64,000 nt of DNA, taken from assembly GCA_013239625.1 (NCBI GenBank), contig MU056000.1:14970851-15034850 (forward strand), in the 5' to 3' direction. Shown here piece by piece: positions 1-12,945 of this stretch (the first letter of the stretch is position 1; each line of letters begins with the position of its first letter). The notes under the pieces were generated by a model. The model saw nothing but the letters and a program-made list of their open reading frames with translations. It made no database searches and had not been told where the DNA came from. The position numbers and the translations under genes were made by a program. This DNA is from Lama guanicoe (taxonomy: Eukaryota).

Positions 1-469
1 ACAATGTCCTGGGGAAGAGAAAGTTATAATACACTTGGCGCTATCAACTATGTTATTGAAATGTCCACTGTTCACTGTAACAGCCTAGAGACTAAAAACA
101 TCAATGAAGAATTTTCAGAGGTGACCTTCATTGTGCCTGTGAAGATGAATTAAGTCTTTTTCCAATAGATAATAAATAAAATAAGTGAAACATCATAAAC
201 AAAGTCATAGCAAAATAAATGAAATTGAGTATGAAGAAATAGCTAAAAGTTCAGTATAGCTGGAGGTTAGCGTGTCTGTTGGCAGTGTGTGAGATGCTTC
301 CAACATCATATATAATGCATGATACAATCGTCTGTAGGATAAAGTTTTTTCCTTATTCCAATATACATTTTTAGAATCACAACTTATGGTGAACCTCTGG
401 TAAAACACCTTTTTAAAAAGAAGCAGTTGAGATGGAGCATTATGCAAAAGAGTATAAAGAATTTTGTTC

Positions 470-822
470 CTTGATAACTTGATTTATGTATACATTTTGA
501 AATTATAATCACTATCAAGGTAATTAACATACCTATCACCTTGTATAGTTGTCTTTTCCTTTCTTTTTTTTTCGAAGAGAACACTTAAAATCTACCCTCT
601 TAGCAGATTTTAAATATACAATAAAGTATTGTTAGCTATTATCACGTTGTTGTACATTTGATCTGCATGATTTATTCATCTTACATAACTGAAACTTTGT
701 ACCCCTTTTCTTGATCAACATTCTATGTCTGCCTCCACCTAGTCCCCCGCTACTACCATTCTACTCTTTGCTTCTATGAATTTGACTAATCTAGATTTCA
801 TGTGTAAGTTATAATATGGTAA
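470..822 (-). mobile_element. L1MA-type LINE-1 3' UTR fragment
   Basis: Antisense L1MA 3' end motifs: aacacttaaaatctaccctcttagcagatttt; tttattcatcttacataactgaaactttgtaccc; accattctactctttgcttctatgaatttgact. Confidence 0.85.
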
Positions 823-2637
823 TAATGAGCTTCCTTTGACTACACCCCAAAACTGAACATAAATCCACTCATAGTCTTGCATCAATTGCAAACCCCACAG
901 CAGGCTCGCCTCCATGAGGAAGAGACTGTAAAAACTATTAAATGTAGTACCAGACAGGCCCTCTCCAGCAATATGCAGGTTTTACAAAAGAGAGCAGGAG
1001 GAATTCCTACATTCTCAATTTAATCTCACAAAGTCGCCTATTAGAGCAGTGACTCCATTCTGGGACAAGGTCCACCTGTATTTATTTAATGGAGCCCCCT
1101 TCATATAAAAATAAGAAGCTAGGAGAAAGGGAGATTTTCTACAACAAAGTTTAAAGAATGAGTTGTAATTATGCATATCATTCAAACATTTAGGTAACGC
1201 TGACAGATTTTTGTTTTTTACTGAGATCATCAGTTTATAACTTGAATTCATTGCCCCCAAAGAAAGCATTATTTTATAGATAATACAAAAATTTTTGATG
1301 TAAACAAATGCAAGTCACTACTTATTTAATTCTAACTTGCTCAAAATATATTCCACTCCAAGAGGATGTATTTGTGTAGCATAAATGAACACTCACTTAC
1401 TGAGTACATTCTATGTAATGTGTATGTACTGTGTATGTATACACACATATAAAATGAATAGGATTTCGGATAAGTGTGTAAGTTAGGTCATGCATTTTCA
1501 ACAGATTGACTATCTGACAGCTTCCTTTTTGTGAAACAGGAGATAAAAGTCATGTACTAAAAACAATGAGGATAGAATTGAAAGTTTGGACACATTAAGT
1601 TTTTTCATTTCATTCATTTTTTATTCTGATGATCAATTATTCCTATAAATCTAAAGTCCTCATAAGTAACTTGCAATTGTACATATATATATAGTATTTT
1701 AATACTTTTTGAAATAAATATTTCAATTTTTTATTAAAATGTACCCAGTTGAATATATTAAGATTTTCCTAAATTACCAGCCTCCAATAACATGTCACAT
1801 GGAAGTCAGTGTATCTTGGAAAGTTTCAGCCTTATTCAAATAATTAAATCTAAGGCAAAGAATATACCTGTTTGCAGCTAATTGCTTTTAAATAAACACA
1901 TATTCTTAATTTTCTTCTGTATCAGAAAAAGAAGACCAGTATTTTTTTTCCATAGCTGTATAAGTCTGCCAGTTTTATAATTGCCAAACAATAGGCAAAC
2001 CATACTAAATTTCCAAACCTTTAATAGGATTGAACATTACATATGTATTCAATTGCTTTGATAATGTGCTGTCATTTTTTTCATTCATTTAAATTCTTGT
2101 TTCCTGGCAAGAAACATTTCCATTGAAAAGAAGAGTACAGTAAAACATATACTCTTGGGTGCACTGCAGTAATTGGCTAACCTAAGTCTTTGATCAGAAT
2201 AGGTTTACCTTTTTATTTTAATTTAAATCATAGTAACTGTAATTAAGTAAATCCTTAACAATGTAAAGAATACTTATACTTAATCAACTTAAGTCTATAC
2301 ATCCATTTCAAAATTTAAATATATATATTTATGGTTTAAAAATGTATCTCTATATGTGTATGGTTTATGCTTTTGTATAAGTATCAAACTATTCTTGCCT
2401 AAACTAAGCAATATTATTAGGTTAAAAATAGCTATTTTACCCGAATATAGTTACTGATTATTGCAATCAAATATATTCACAGTAACATACTAGGTTCCTG
2501 CTAACAATAAAAATATAGCCATCTCATTACTCCACTGAAAATCTGTTTGTAGATATGTGACAAAGGTGATAGGATAAATAAGTTGACATATGTCAAATAT
2601 GTGGTTTATATAGAAATTCAGAAAATAAAATAACTCT

Positions 2638-2755
2638 CACTAGAATGTGAATCCTTGAGGGATGAAACTATATTTGTCTTCATATATTTCCAGGGTCTAT
2701 CTTAATATCAAGCGCACTTAGGCGTATCAAAAACACATGATAAAATTAACAAAAT
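2638..2755 (+). mobile_element. L2 LINE 3' end fragment (highly diverged)
   Basis: ctagaatgtgaatccttgagggatgaaactatatttgtc resembles the L2 3' terminal region (ctagactgtgagctccttgagggcagggact...). Confidence 0.55.
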
Positions 2756-3349
2756 ATTGGTGAGACTATAAGGGAAAGATTGACGTTAATCTGTGGAAGG
2801 TTAGAATATAGATAGTATAGCAGGCTTTGTACAATCATAATTTTGTTTATAAAGATTTATAGTCAGGAAATAGTTTCCAGGAACACATGATAACTATAAT
2901 TAGAGACTGTGTTTATTATGGTGGCTATCAGATTTATACTTAAGATTTAGATTTAGCCAAATTTTCAGTATAGGGGAATAAATTTTATAATTGTCTCATT
3001 CACTTTTCTAAACGCCTATTTTAAGGCAAATCAATTATAGATGAGAAAAGATATGATATTATTTAGTAATAATCTTCATGCACAGTTCAGGGAAGATTTA
3101 GATTTCTATTTTACCTTTATTTCTTCATATAGATATAAATGTTATAAACACCACCAAAAATGTAAATTTTTTCCCAGATAGCAGATATATCCCAGATAAG
3201 AAAGAAACAGGATAGGAATAAATGGAGCACAAGTAACTGCGCAAAAGCCAAGCAGTTTTTAACATTTGAAAATTGCACGTTAAACTACATTTTAAAGATT
3301 TTACATTTGATGTAGAGTAAACAATGCTATTAAACTGAATTTAAAATGT

Positions 3350-3500
3350 TGTGCTGTAGCAGAATGGACACTGAATTGGGTGAATTATTCTACTAACTAC
3401 TGGTGTGAACTTTGGGAACTCTTACAAATTTTCCATGCCTCAAGATTTTAAGCTGTAAAAAAAGAAGTGTGGATTAGACTATATTAAGCCTCTTAGACTT
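3350..3500 (+). mobile_element. MIR SINE fragment
   Basis: MIR core-like: ctactaactactggtgtgaactttggg...tttccatgcctcaagattttaagctgtaaaa...gtggattagact. Confidence 0.6.
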
Positions 3501-3799
3501 TATGAACCAGCTTCATTCAGTTCATAAACTGTTCTTCACTATTAAGAACAGTGCCTTTGGAAGCTGCATTAACTCTTTCTAGCTAATTAGTTTAATTTAG
3601 GTGTAAGGCATAACTTTATATGCAGGGATATTTGGCTTCACTGAATTCCAATTATTTCCCCTTATGCTTAACTAGTTAGTTTCCACTCATATTTTGGCGT
3701 TCTTCCTTTTTGAGTTGAATGAACTAAACTTATCACAAGATTCACAGCAAATAAGATGAACCATTTGTATTGAAACCATGTGATGGACACTAATCAAAG

Positions 3800-4610
3800 A
3801 GTCATTCTATAATCTATTGTTTACATTTTCATTGCATTGATTACTGTTTTCCAAATATCCTAGGAATAATGGAAATAAATCATTCCAGATATTTGGCTTA
3901 AGCTCTACATTGTTCCTTGATTTCTAATCATGATTAGCCTTGAGAAAATGCAGATTTACTTTATGATCATCTTATCTTAATTTTTGCCCAATTTAATGAC
4001 ATTATGAAACCTCTAGTCTTTCTCGAGGGCTAACAATTTATTAAAATTTATTTAAAAAATTAACTTTGTCAATTTTGTTTTCTATTTTTCACCTAGTATC
4101 CAATTCATTATTGTTGTTATTTTTGCTTTAACATTTATTTCCTTCTTTGTGTTTACTTGTTTTTAATCTGTTCATTTATTTGTACTTTCCAAAAATAAAA
4201 TATAAAGTTTCAGGACTCTTGTTTTCAAATAAGAAAATTGAAGTTGCCAAGGGGATGTGGGGGTGGGAAGGGACAGACTGGAATTTCAAAATGTAGAATA
4301 GATAAACAAGATTATACCGTACAGCACCAGGAAATATATACAAGATCTTATGGTAGCTCACAGAGAAAAAAATGTGACAATGAATATATATATATTCATG
4401 TATAACTGAAAAATTGTGCTCTACACTGGAATTTGACACAACATTGTAAAATGATTATAACGCAATAAAAATATTAAAAAAAAGAAAATTTAAAACTATA
4501 TACTTTTTTTTTTCCCTTAGGACAGCTTCATCTGCATTACATTAATTAATAGTATGGTTTCATTACCATGTACTTCAAATTTTTACAAAATAACTCATGA
4601 TTTTTCCTTT
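3800..4610 (-). mobile_element. Old L1M ORF2 remnant, interrupted by the young L1 at 4243-4481
   Basis: T-rich antisense L1 ORF2-like text on both sides of the young insertion, e.g. ttcccttaggacagcttcatctgcat resembling ttcccttagcactgctttagctgcat. Boundaries approximate. Confidence 0.5.
4243..4481 (+). mobile_element. Young 5'-truncated camelid-type L1 3' end with poly(A) and TSD
   Basis: ggggatgtgggggtgggaagggacagactg...gaaaaattgtgctctacactggaatttgacacaacattgtaaaatg...aataaaa then an A tail. TSD aagaaaattgaa (4231-4242) / aagaaaatttaa (4482-4493), 11/12 identical. Confidence 0.9.
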
Positions 4611-4612
4611 CC

Positions 4613-4835
4613 TTTTTTTATTGAAGTCTAGTCAATTTACAATGTTGTAGTAGTCTCTGGTGTACAATACAGTGATTCAGTTATACATACAGATATACCT
4701 TCTCACATTCTTTTTCATTGTAGGCTACAAGATATTGAATATAGTTCCCTGTGCTATACAATAGGACCTTGTTGTTTACATATTTTATATAAACTAGCTA
4801 GTATCTGCAAATCCCAAACTCCCAATTTATCTCTC
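4613..4835 (-). mobile_element. Artiodactyl/camelid L1 3' end (5'-truncated)
   Basis: T tail then attgaagtctagtcaatttacaatgttg...gatattgaatatagttccctgtgctatacaataggaccttgttgttta...atcccaaactcccaatttatc, a typical antisense artiodactyl L1 3' UTR. Confidence 0.88.
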
Positions 4836-6439
4836 AAAAATGATGCTTAGATGCCTCAAAGTAGGTGGCAGCACACTCACTGTATGCATGTTGTCAGGCC
4901 CAAGGGCCTCTTCCAATCCTTGTCCAGGAGAGCGCTAACCTTCTCTCCTTTCATACATACATTATTTTTCCTTTGAACATTGGTAGTTGACTTGCCAAGT
5001 CAGTGTGGGCAGTGAAATGCATGTTCATCCTATTATGAATTGGAGGGAAAAAAATCATAATCTGTTCCTCTAGTGCATTTTGACTATGTATGCCTGCAAG
5101 TTAGAATTTTATAAGATGTGCAGTCCTTCTTCTTGTTTATACTTAAAATGTGAATTCACACTGTTGAGAGAAAGTATTAGGTGAGCAGACTGAATTTCAA
5201 TACACCAACACTTTTCAACCACTCATTTTCCTGATATTTTCCCCTTCCTTGATGGCATCAAAGGGCACTATTATAGGTGTTCTGAGATCATTATCTCTGT
5301 GTCTTCTTCAATTTCTGGATCCATCAGGCTGTTGAATGTAATGTGGATATTGAGAAACGTTTCTTTCCTCTGTGACCTTTTTGGTATTTCCCCTGAGAGG
5401 TAGTTAATAAAATATTGACCAGAAATCTCAGGCCTAGAGTTGCTTTGCCAATTAAGAAACATGCAGGGCTTGCAATGTGTTCCAAGATGCTGTGTATTTC
5501 TGGAAGCAAATACGATTATTCTCTTCTCACTGATTTCAGAAAGCTTGACCTCTCTGACTTTGTATGATGGTTTAAAAAATGTGCCTTCAATTCCATGTTG
5601 AATTTCATTTTTAAGATCTCGCCATCTACCAAGAAAACATGGATGATGGCCTTTATACTTCATACAATAACCCCAAATACTGAATTAACATGTGTATTTT
5701 TTAACCCAGAAAATGCCTATTCTCACAACTGTTATTAATAATTTTTAGGGCACCATCACCAAAAAAGAAAGTTACAATAGAGGAATATTCCATGCCAAAA
5801 TTCTACAACATGATGTTAACACTTTTGAGCCAAAATATTGTACAATTTTTAAAATAACATTAAGAAAGTGTTTGCAAAGCACATTTAGTTATTTGGAAGG
5901 ATGTTCAATGTCAACACAAATTATACTAAGAAGTATAACACAGTAGAAGTACATTATAGAGGGTATACTGTATTATTTTATCTACAGTGATCTGCTGCAT
6001 ATATGTTGACAATTCCACTGTCTCAGCTTTCCTTTCTATAAAAATACAGCATTTTAAATTTTTTAGTGTTTCTGTGAAAATACTAAGAAAATATATGTCT
6101 TATCTAAAGATTATATTTTAATTTTATGAAAAGAATGTGTGTTGCTGTTGAATTAGAAACTTTACTTGGAGCTATTCAAGTCAAAAATATATCTATGTAT
6201 GAAAATAGATTGGTGTCTATTGGATTTTTTGAAAGAAAATCTTGTGAAAAATTTTAAAAACCAATTTTTAATTTATGAGTATGTTTGTATCTTATTTTTG
6301 ACTAAATTTCATTTTTTCTCTGCAAAATACTATATCTGTCACATTATATTATCTTTCCTGAAACATGTACATACAATTATATAAACTGACTTATTCCAAA
6401 AATGCCTGAAGCAATATATTGATTTCATTAAAGATACCC

Positions 6440-6820
6440 TTCCTTGAGTGTTTTTTGTCTACTGAAGTAGGCACTGAAATATATGACACTATTACATAGT
6501 ACGGACTACAATGAAGAAACATAAAGGGCAGTGAACAAGCAGCATGCAGTACAGCTATGTATCTCTGGTGGGATGAGAAGTTGTATATGCAATGTTAATT
6601 TTTCAACTTGAAGTATGTGAAGTTTTATACAAAGATAAGGGTGCAAATTCACTTCAGGAATAGAGAACACATTTTCTAAAGCACACAGCTATAAAAGACC
6701 CATAACTTCAGGTCATGGTATGATAAGCTATGTGTTTTGAGTGAAGAATAAAGCTAGAAAGACAATATGGAGCTGACAGTTTTGAATGCTTTGTTAAAGA
6801 GATTTAAAATGGACAATCTT
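6440..6820 (-). mobile_element. L2 fragment (highly diverged)
   Basis: Purine-rich antisense L2-like text (taggcactgaaatata...ttcaggaatagagaacacattttctaaagcacacag). Confidence 0.4.
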
Positions 6821-7077
6821 GACTTATTTATAATACGAATTAGTAAGAATGAAGTCATTAGATAAGGACTGGTCATTAGATAAATAACTATGGAGCAAAG
6901 TAAACAAAAGATATATTAGTTCTGTGACACCAAACCTAATGGATAAATTCAATATATATAATCTGATTTAGAGATTATCTTAAAACTATCATATGAGTAT
7001 GAAATTTCTAAAAGTCTTTTTGTCAAATCATCCTATCCTAGGGCTTTAAGCTATTCTACACTCTTCTACACACTTTG

Positions 7078-7105
7078 CACACACACACACACACACAAAC
7101 ACACA
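7078..7105 (+). repeat. (CA)n microsatellite, interrupted
   Basis: (CA)10 aa (CA)3 read directly. Confidence 0.9.
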
Positions 7106-7517
7106 TCACAAACAGCAGCATCATCCGTGTCATCATCATAAAGTATAATTATCAGAGATAAAAATATACATAAATTCTGAAAATAAGACATTTGATCTAC
7201 CCCATAAGAAAGAGTCTAACTTTCATACTCTAAATATTTGCAGTTGTGTTCAAATTTGAAAAATAGGTGAAAACAGGATAATTCTCAGTGAAATCGAGAG
7301 GACTGGAAAAGTAAGGAAGATCTGGTGAGAGATGCAGATGTGCAGTTTCCAGAATTGTCCACCAGATTCTAATGAGGTAACAATAGGGTCAAAAATCAGT
7401 AATCACCATTCTGTATTTATATGCCTGGACAAATTTCACTACCTGAGAAAAAACTCAAAAACAGGAAAAATACGTAGGAAAAAGGAAAACAACACAAAGC
7501 AAAAACAAAAACTAAAT

Positions 7518-8040
7518 TTACCAGCCAGGATCCTGCTGGGAGATGGAAACTACACCAGTAAAGGGAACAGAAATTTTTTATTCAAAATAAAATTTAATTA
7601 AATTTTAAATTTGAGTATAAGGTTGATGGAGAACTTCAAGGAGTACACAAGTTGGAATTACACAAGATAATTACTATTTCTAAAGCTGAAGAAGAATGAA
7701 CAAGGATAGGCAAAAATTCAAGGCAGGGCTACCCACTTGACACTAAGCTTCAGTCACCTAAGGAGGAGAAATGCAACCAAAAGAGCAAGCAGCCTGCCTA
7801 TAAGGATGAAATGGTGGCGTGTGCAGGCCACAGCGGGTCTGTAGAAGTTCACTGCTTGATAATGGATATGTAAACTGTAGGCTGTGAACCACAGCAGGTT
7901 TGAGGAGTTGCGCTATGCTGGTTGATGGAGAACCTTGCCAGCAAGTGCCCACACAATTTATCTGTCAGAACCACTACAGAGAAAGCTGCCAGTAATTTCA
8001 CCTAGTCCAACTGAGTCTCTGACTACTGTGTAGAGAAACA
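7518..8040 (-). mobile_element. Ancient LTR remnant (LTR78/LTR79-like)
   Basis: Begins taccagccaggatcctgctgggagatggaaactacaccagt, resembling the antisense end of old eutherian LTRs; locally GC-elevated. Family uncertain. Confidence 0.4.
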
Positions 8041-8318
8041 GCCCATTTCAAGACAGAAAGAAAAAAAATTAAATAGATAAAGCATATTGTTGCAAAAAAT
8101 ATACATTTATATATATATATGTAAATGTTTGTTGAGTAAGTTTTGGAAAAATCTATCCTGACCTCTTAAAATTGTTAGCTATATATAGACAGAATTTGGA
8201 GTCATGACTTTTTGCTTTGTAACTGTTTATTTGTGATTGTCATTTGTTGTATTTCAAATTAAAAAAAAACTACAATGCAATAAAAATTGCATATAGCATA
8301 TATTATATATGTGTGTTT

Positions 8319-8338
8319 TATATATATATATATATATA
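8319..8338 (+). repeat. (TA)10 microsatellite
   Basis: Read directly. Confidence 0.9.
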
Positions 8339-8786
8339 TTCAACAAGCAAAGCTATAAAGCCATTTGTATGAAGCTATACATTTTAAATGTTACTTATAG
8401 CCCATTAAATATGTAAATATTATTATATTTTAAAGAATCTAAATTACATTTGAGTATTTTTTTTCAGGTTACTTACCTGAGAATTATCTTGCAGCAGAAA
8501 TCAATAAAAATATGACCAAAATCAAATCTATCAGTAAATTGAAATGACCCAAGAATTCATTAGTAGAGTCTGCATATGTGTTTACCATATGCAGAAAATG
8601 CTATTCTATGTTTTAAATTTAGCTAACATAATATAATAATAAAATAGGCACTAAAAAATGTAGAAACCCATACTAGTTACTATTGATATAATTATGGCTG
8701 GGAGATTAAAAAGTGAGTAATATAAAATTGATGTTCATATGAATCACCTTGTATAAAATTGATACGACTTTTTATAAAATGCCAAA

Positions 8787-8812
8787 ACACACACACACAC
8801 ACACACACACAC
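8787..8812 (+). repeat. (AC)13 microsatellite
   Basis: Read directly. Confidence 0.95.
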
Positions 8813-9312
8813 TACATACAGTCTAACAGAAATGAACCTGACAAATAAATGAGACAGTAAATGCTTTAGAGTTGGCAATGAATTATAAAATCCAGTAGAA
8901 TTTCAATTTGCATAACAGTTTTAATGAAATCTCTCCCAAAATGCATTAGGAAATAAGAATTAACCTAGTTACACATTTTTATTAGGAAAAAGCAAGCATA
9001 CAAACTTGATTAGTGACAAATGAGAACAAAAAGGAAAGAATCTGTTCTTTTGTAATGAATTGATTTTTAGTCATTTTCCTCAGCCTTCCATGACTGAATA
9101 GTTTTGGATTCCACATTCCTCCCGAACATTTTCCAATTTCTACTAGTTAATCTGTAATTTTTCCTTCGGTACTGTCCTTACAGTTTTACTTTTTATTGTT
9201 TTTTATCCGTTAACTTTTATTGTTCCACATTCAGTGTTCATAGCCTATTTAACTTTGGTTGCTACTTTATCTCCCCCACGTTGTTTCATTTAGTTTTGTT
9301 TCACCCACAATT

Positions 9313-9490
9313 TAGACCTGCTCTGTTCAACATGATAACCATGAGCCACAAGTGATTACATTTAAGTTTAAAGGAAATGATTACCCACATTTCAAATCTT
9401 AATTGCCACGTGTGGCTTCTGGCTACTGTATAAAACAGTCTCGATTTACAGAACAATTCCATCATTGGAGAAAATTCTCCTCACCAGCTC
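9313..9490. mobile_element. MER3-like hAT-Charlie DNA transposon (MITE)
   Basis: ctgctctgttcaacatgataaccatgagccacaagtg...cacatttcaaatcttaattgccacgtgtggcttctggctactgtat...agaacaattccatcattggagaaaattct follows the MER3/MER33 pattern. Confidence 0.75.
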
Positions 9491-10894
9491 AACAGTACTG
9501 ATGTTTAACTTTATTGGCATTCTCTTAGCTAAACTTATTTTTATAGTTTTCCTTAAGAATCTGTCATGGTTATCTATTGCTTTGCATTTTTTAATAGTGG
9601 GAGACAATATAAAGAAAAGAGTAAAAACTTGGGAAAAGAAAATATTAACTGATTCTATTTTGAATATGTAAATTAGATTTTATTTTTAAATGCAGTGTGA
9701 TTTACTTGAAATATGCTATGTAATGTGCTAGGATTTCTTTTCTTCCTTTTCCATATGCTACATTGCAGTCCATTTAAAACCTTCAAAATGGCTAATTCAG
9801 GTATACCAAAATAAATATAATCTTATTATTAACCTTTGAGTTGTTTCCAGGTTTGAATTAAAGCAGATTCTCTGATCTTACAAATGTAGATATTTGGGCA
9901 TTTGCTCATTTATTTAAAATACAATATTAAACATTAAATGATAGAACAAAGGTCTAAACGCATTCAAGTCTCTAGAGAAATAGCAGGAATCTAATATTCA
10001 GAGCTTTCTGTCAGTTTAATCAACAGCAGTATATAGTGATTTTTCATCATAGTCTTCAAAAAGTTATTTGAGAATTTAACTAGTAGAAATCATATGTTTT
10101 ATTTACTTGACTTTTAGTTGAATATATTCGCGTCTGTTTTAGACATTTGGATATCCTTTTTTGCTTACTATAAAGTGATAAACATACATAGTAGTTATTC
10201 TTATTTTGGGAAAATGAGGAAATAATTCAGTTAGGCAACTGAGTTACACAGAAATGTTCACCTATAATTAAAATCCTGTAATTGTGTAATATTTTCTTCT
10301 TTGCACTTATGTGGATTAGAAGGAAGGAAGCTGTTGTCCAAAAATACCTTCCCTGACATCTTGTTATCACTTCCTGTAATCACTATGAAAGTGACAAAAT
10401 TAAAAGCTAATAAAATGGAAGGAATTCCATATTAATCATTATCAATTAGAAACATATCTGAAGGAATTAATTTATTGCTTCCACAGGAGCAGTTAGATGA
10501 AAAAAGGTTTGATTAGAAACAGAGAGGTAGGTGCAAAACACAGGCGCTGGCTTTAGCATTCTAAAGTATAATCATGTGACAGGTCAGCCCGGGGGCAGAA
10601 AAATGCAATAATCCTAAAAAAATGAATTTACTTACTTCTTGGCATTTGACATGTTATAGTTGAGACATTTACACTATAAAATCTACAAAACAGGCACAAA
10701 AATGTTTTAAATAATTCTGAATACATTTATAAGTAGAGAATAAGTATCAGGATAATTCATTAATATAAATAAATTAAAAGTTGGCCTGTGTCTGAAGTTA
10801 TCATTTTTTTATTCTCAGTAAAAGTGTGGATAGCAATTTATACATTACAGAGTATTTCATATATATAATCTGTTTTAATATGCCTAAATTACTG

Positions 10895-11040
10895 AGTATG
10901 GCATAATTATTTCTCTACTTTTTAGATTCTGATGCAAAGGCTCAGTAAACTATGCAACAGAGTCAAGGGATCAGAAAATTAGTAAACGACAGAACAATAT
11001 TTCAAATAAAGTTCCTCTGACTCCAATACCATACCGTGCC
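10895..11040 (-). mobile_element. MIR SINE fragment
   Basis: attatttctctactttttagattctgatgcaaaggctcag...aaattagtaaacgacagaacaatatttcaaa...tctgactcca, antisense MIR core. Confidence 0.6.
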
Positions 11041-11189
11041 CTCATGTGGCACAGAAGGACGCCCTAGACACAGGAGGGTATGGGACCACCCAAGAACTGA
11101 GAGAACCTCTGACCTAGAAAGAAGCACAGCAATAACTCAAAATATCCTGTGACATGTTTTTCAGCTGCTTCTTTTTACCAAATACTGAT

Positions 11190-11840
11190 TTTCTTCTGAT
11201 TATCTCTTCTTTCTCCATTTCCACTATCACTGTGTTAATTTGGAACCATTTGGTTACACTTTGATGTTCGTGGGAGTTGAATGTCTTCCCAGTCTCACAC
11301 CTATGGTCTTACTCCTAGCTCATGCATAACCTAGTTCCTTGCAGTCACCAAAATTATCTTTCTAGGGCAAAAATCTGATCATTCCCTTCACTTATAAAAT
11401 TTAGAGTTTGTACCATGGTGCCATGCCCAGTGTCAGTGCATCACTGTATGACTACATTTTCTCAAACCCTATTGATTATTGTTACCTGAAAATCATGTGT
11501 CATTTGTACCTTTGTCCCATGACTCACTAGTCTCTGGATCTCCTTTCTCACATCCTTTTACCTGGTAAAGTCACTACAGGCATTGCACATTTTATTTACT
11601 ATTTTCAATAACTTAAAGAAAATATTAGGAGAAGATACATAAACACGGGAACTTTTAGCTTCACTAACACCAGTGTTTGCTACTTCCTATCTGGTGAAGT
11701 GTTCCATTATTAGTGGAATATGAGCAACAGGAGGGCCAGATTTTTTTTTTGTTTTTGTTAGTTTTGTTTACTGTATTCCAGCACCTAGAATGATATCTGC
11801 CATATAGTCCACACAGGAATATATCTATGACCAAAGAAAT
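11190..11840 (+). mobile_element. L2 3' region fragments
   Basis: gcagtcaccaaaattatctttctagggcaaaaatctgatcattcccc and tgtattccagcacctagaatgatatctgccatatagt match the L2 3' part. Confidence 0.65.
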
Positions 11841-12399
11841 AAAAAATTAAAAAATAGAAAAAAAATCCTCTCAAACTAACAAATGAAAATCTTCTCATGG
11901 AATGCTGACATGAATGACAAAAGGCAGATGACTGAGTAAGAGGAAAAATGACTACATAATGCAATGGCTGGTTTATGAGAGGTACTTAATAAGTATTTAT
12001 AGAGTTACTTTTATATAGAAATTTTATCCTTAAAGGTTCCATTAGAGGTTCCCTCTTCACTATTGGCTCTAACATTCCTCTAGGTAAAAAGTTACTCTTT
12101 GCAACTTTTTCTATTTTTAACTTATTCCATTATTAGATATTATAAATGATATTCCATGTATCTTTAAAAATACATATTGTTCAAGAGCTGTCTAGAGACT
12201 TAAAAGTAACCTAGAATTCATGGCATCCTAAAAAAAAATAAGCAAATGCCTAAATACCATGGATTTGTATTGTCAGTGGACCTTCCTTTTTTTCAAAACA
12301 GGAATCACCTTTCAGTGTACAAATAAGATATTTATCATGTGTAATAACATGATGAAGTTATTATGCATCAAATTCACAGTATTTTATGAGGATAGTCAA

Positions 12400-12622
12400 T
12401 GACTTAAGAAACTACTTATGCCATAATATTAAGTAAAAACTTTCACATAGTATTAACAGATTGTGTGTGTGTGTGTTGATCTGAACTATAACAAAAGCAC
12501 TGAATAAAGGACTTAAGGGAGATACACAAATTGCTGGCATGATATATGTTTTCTTTCTTCAGTTCATTTATGCTATTCCACACTTTTCAAATATTTCTAT
12601 AATGAACATGTGTTTCTTTCAT
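12400..12622 (+). mobile_element. L1ME-type 3' end fragment
   Basis: cttttcaaatatttctataatgaacatgtgtttcttt is typical of old L1ME/L1MC 3' termini. Confidence 0.5.
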
Positions 12623-12769
12623 CCAAAAACCAAGACAAAAGCCAGAGCTGGTTTTAACTCAAAACTATATGGATGAAGTAAAATAAGGCAAATATTATAA
12701 CATTTAAAACTCAGAATTTGCAGTGATATAAACTTATTTCCAATAATATAAACATATCTTCTGTTGATT

Positions 12770-12945
12770 GCCAAATCCTAGCTCTATGACCTTGATAAAG
12801 ATACCTAAGGCTCTTTAACCCCTTCATAATTCTGGATTTATAATTATATTTACTATATGGAGTCATTGCATTGGTTAAATAAGAAAATTAAAGCACCTAA
12901 CATACTACTTGGAAAAAAATAATCATTTTATAGATATTAGCTAAT
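12770..12945 (+). mobile_element. MIR SINE
   Basis: caaatcctagctctatgaccttgataaag...ggttaaataagaaaattaaagcacctaacatactacttgg...atattagct. Confidence 0.6.

Noticed and set aside
5271..5663. Longest ORF in the track (130 aa, - strand)
   Set aside because: No recognisable domain or homology, and no promoter or convincing splice context. One ORF of this length among six frames of 64 kb is plausible by chance.
6853..6882. Short two-copy tandem duplications (also near 19765, 23125, 23375, 43990, 51362), considered as array or CRISPR-like repeats
   Set aside because: Only two adjacent copies each, with no unique spacers and unrelated units. Ordinary slippage duplications in a mammalian genome.
7588..7607. 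20-bp perfect A/T-only palindrome (similar inverted repeat at 57970-57998)
   Set aside because: Low-complexity A/T sequence, where such palindromes are common.
8471..8479. Perfect minus-strand splice donor (acttacctg = CAG/GTAAGT); a similar one near 30945
   Set aside because: No matching acceptor or open exon frame found; the second lies inside an L1.
8569..8595. Hairpin tctgcatatg-N7-catatgcaga
   Set aside because: A 10-bp stem is too short for a pre-miRNA and is expected by chance in an AT-rich window of this size.
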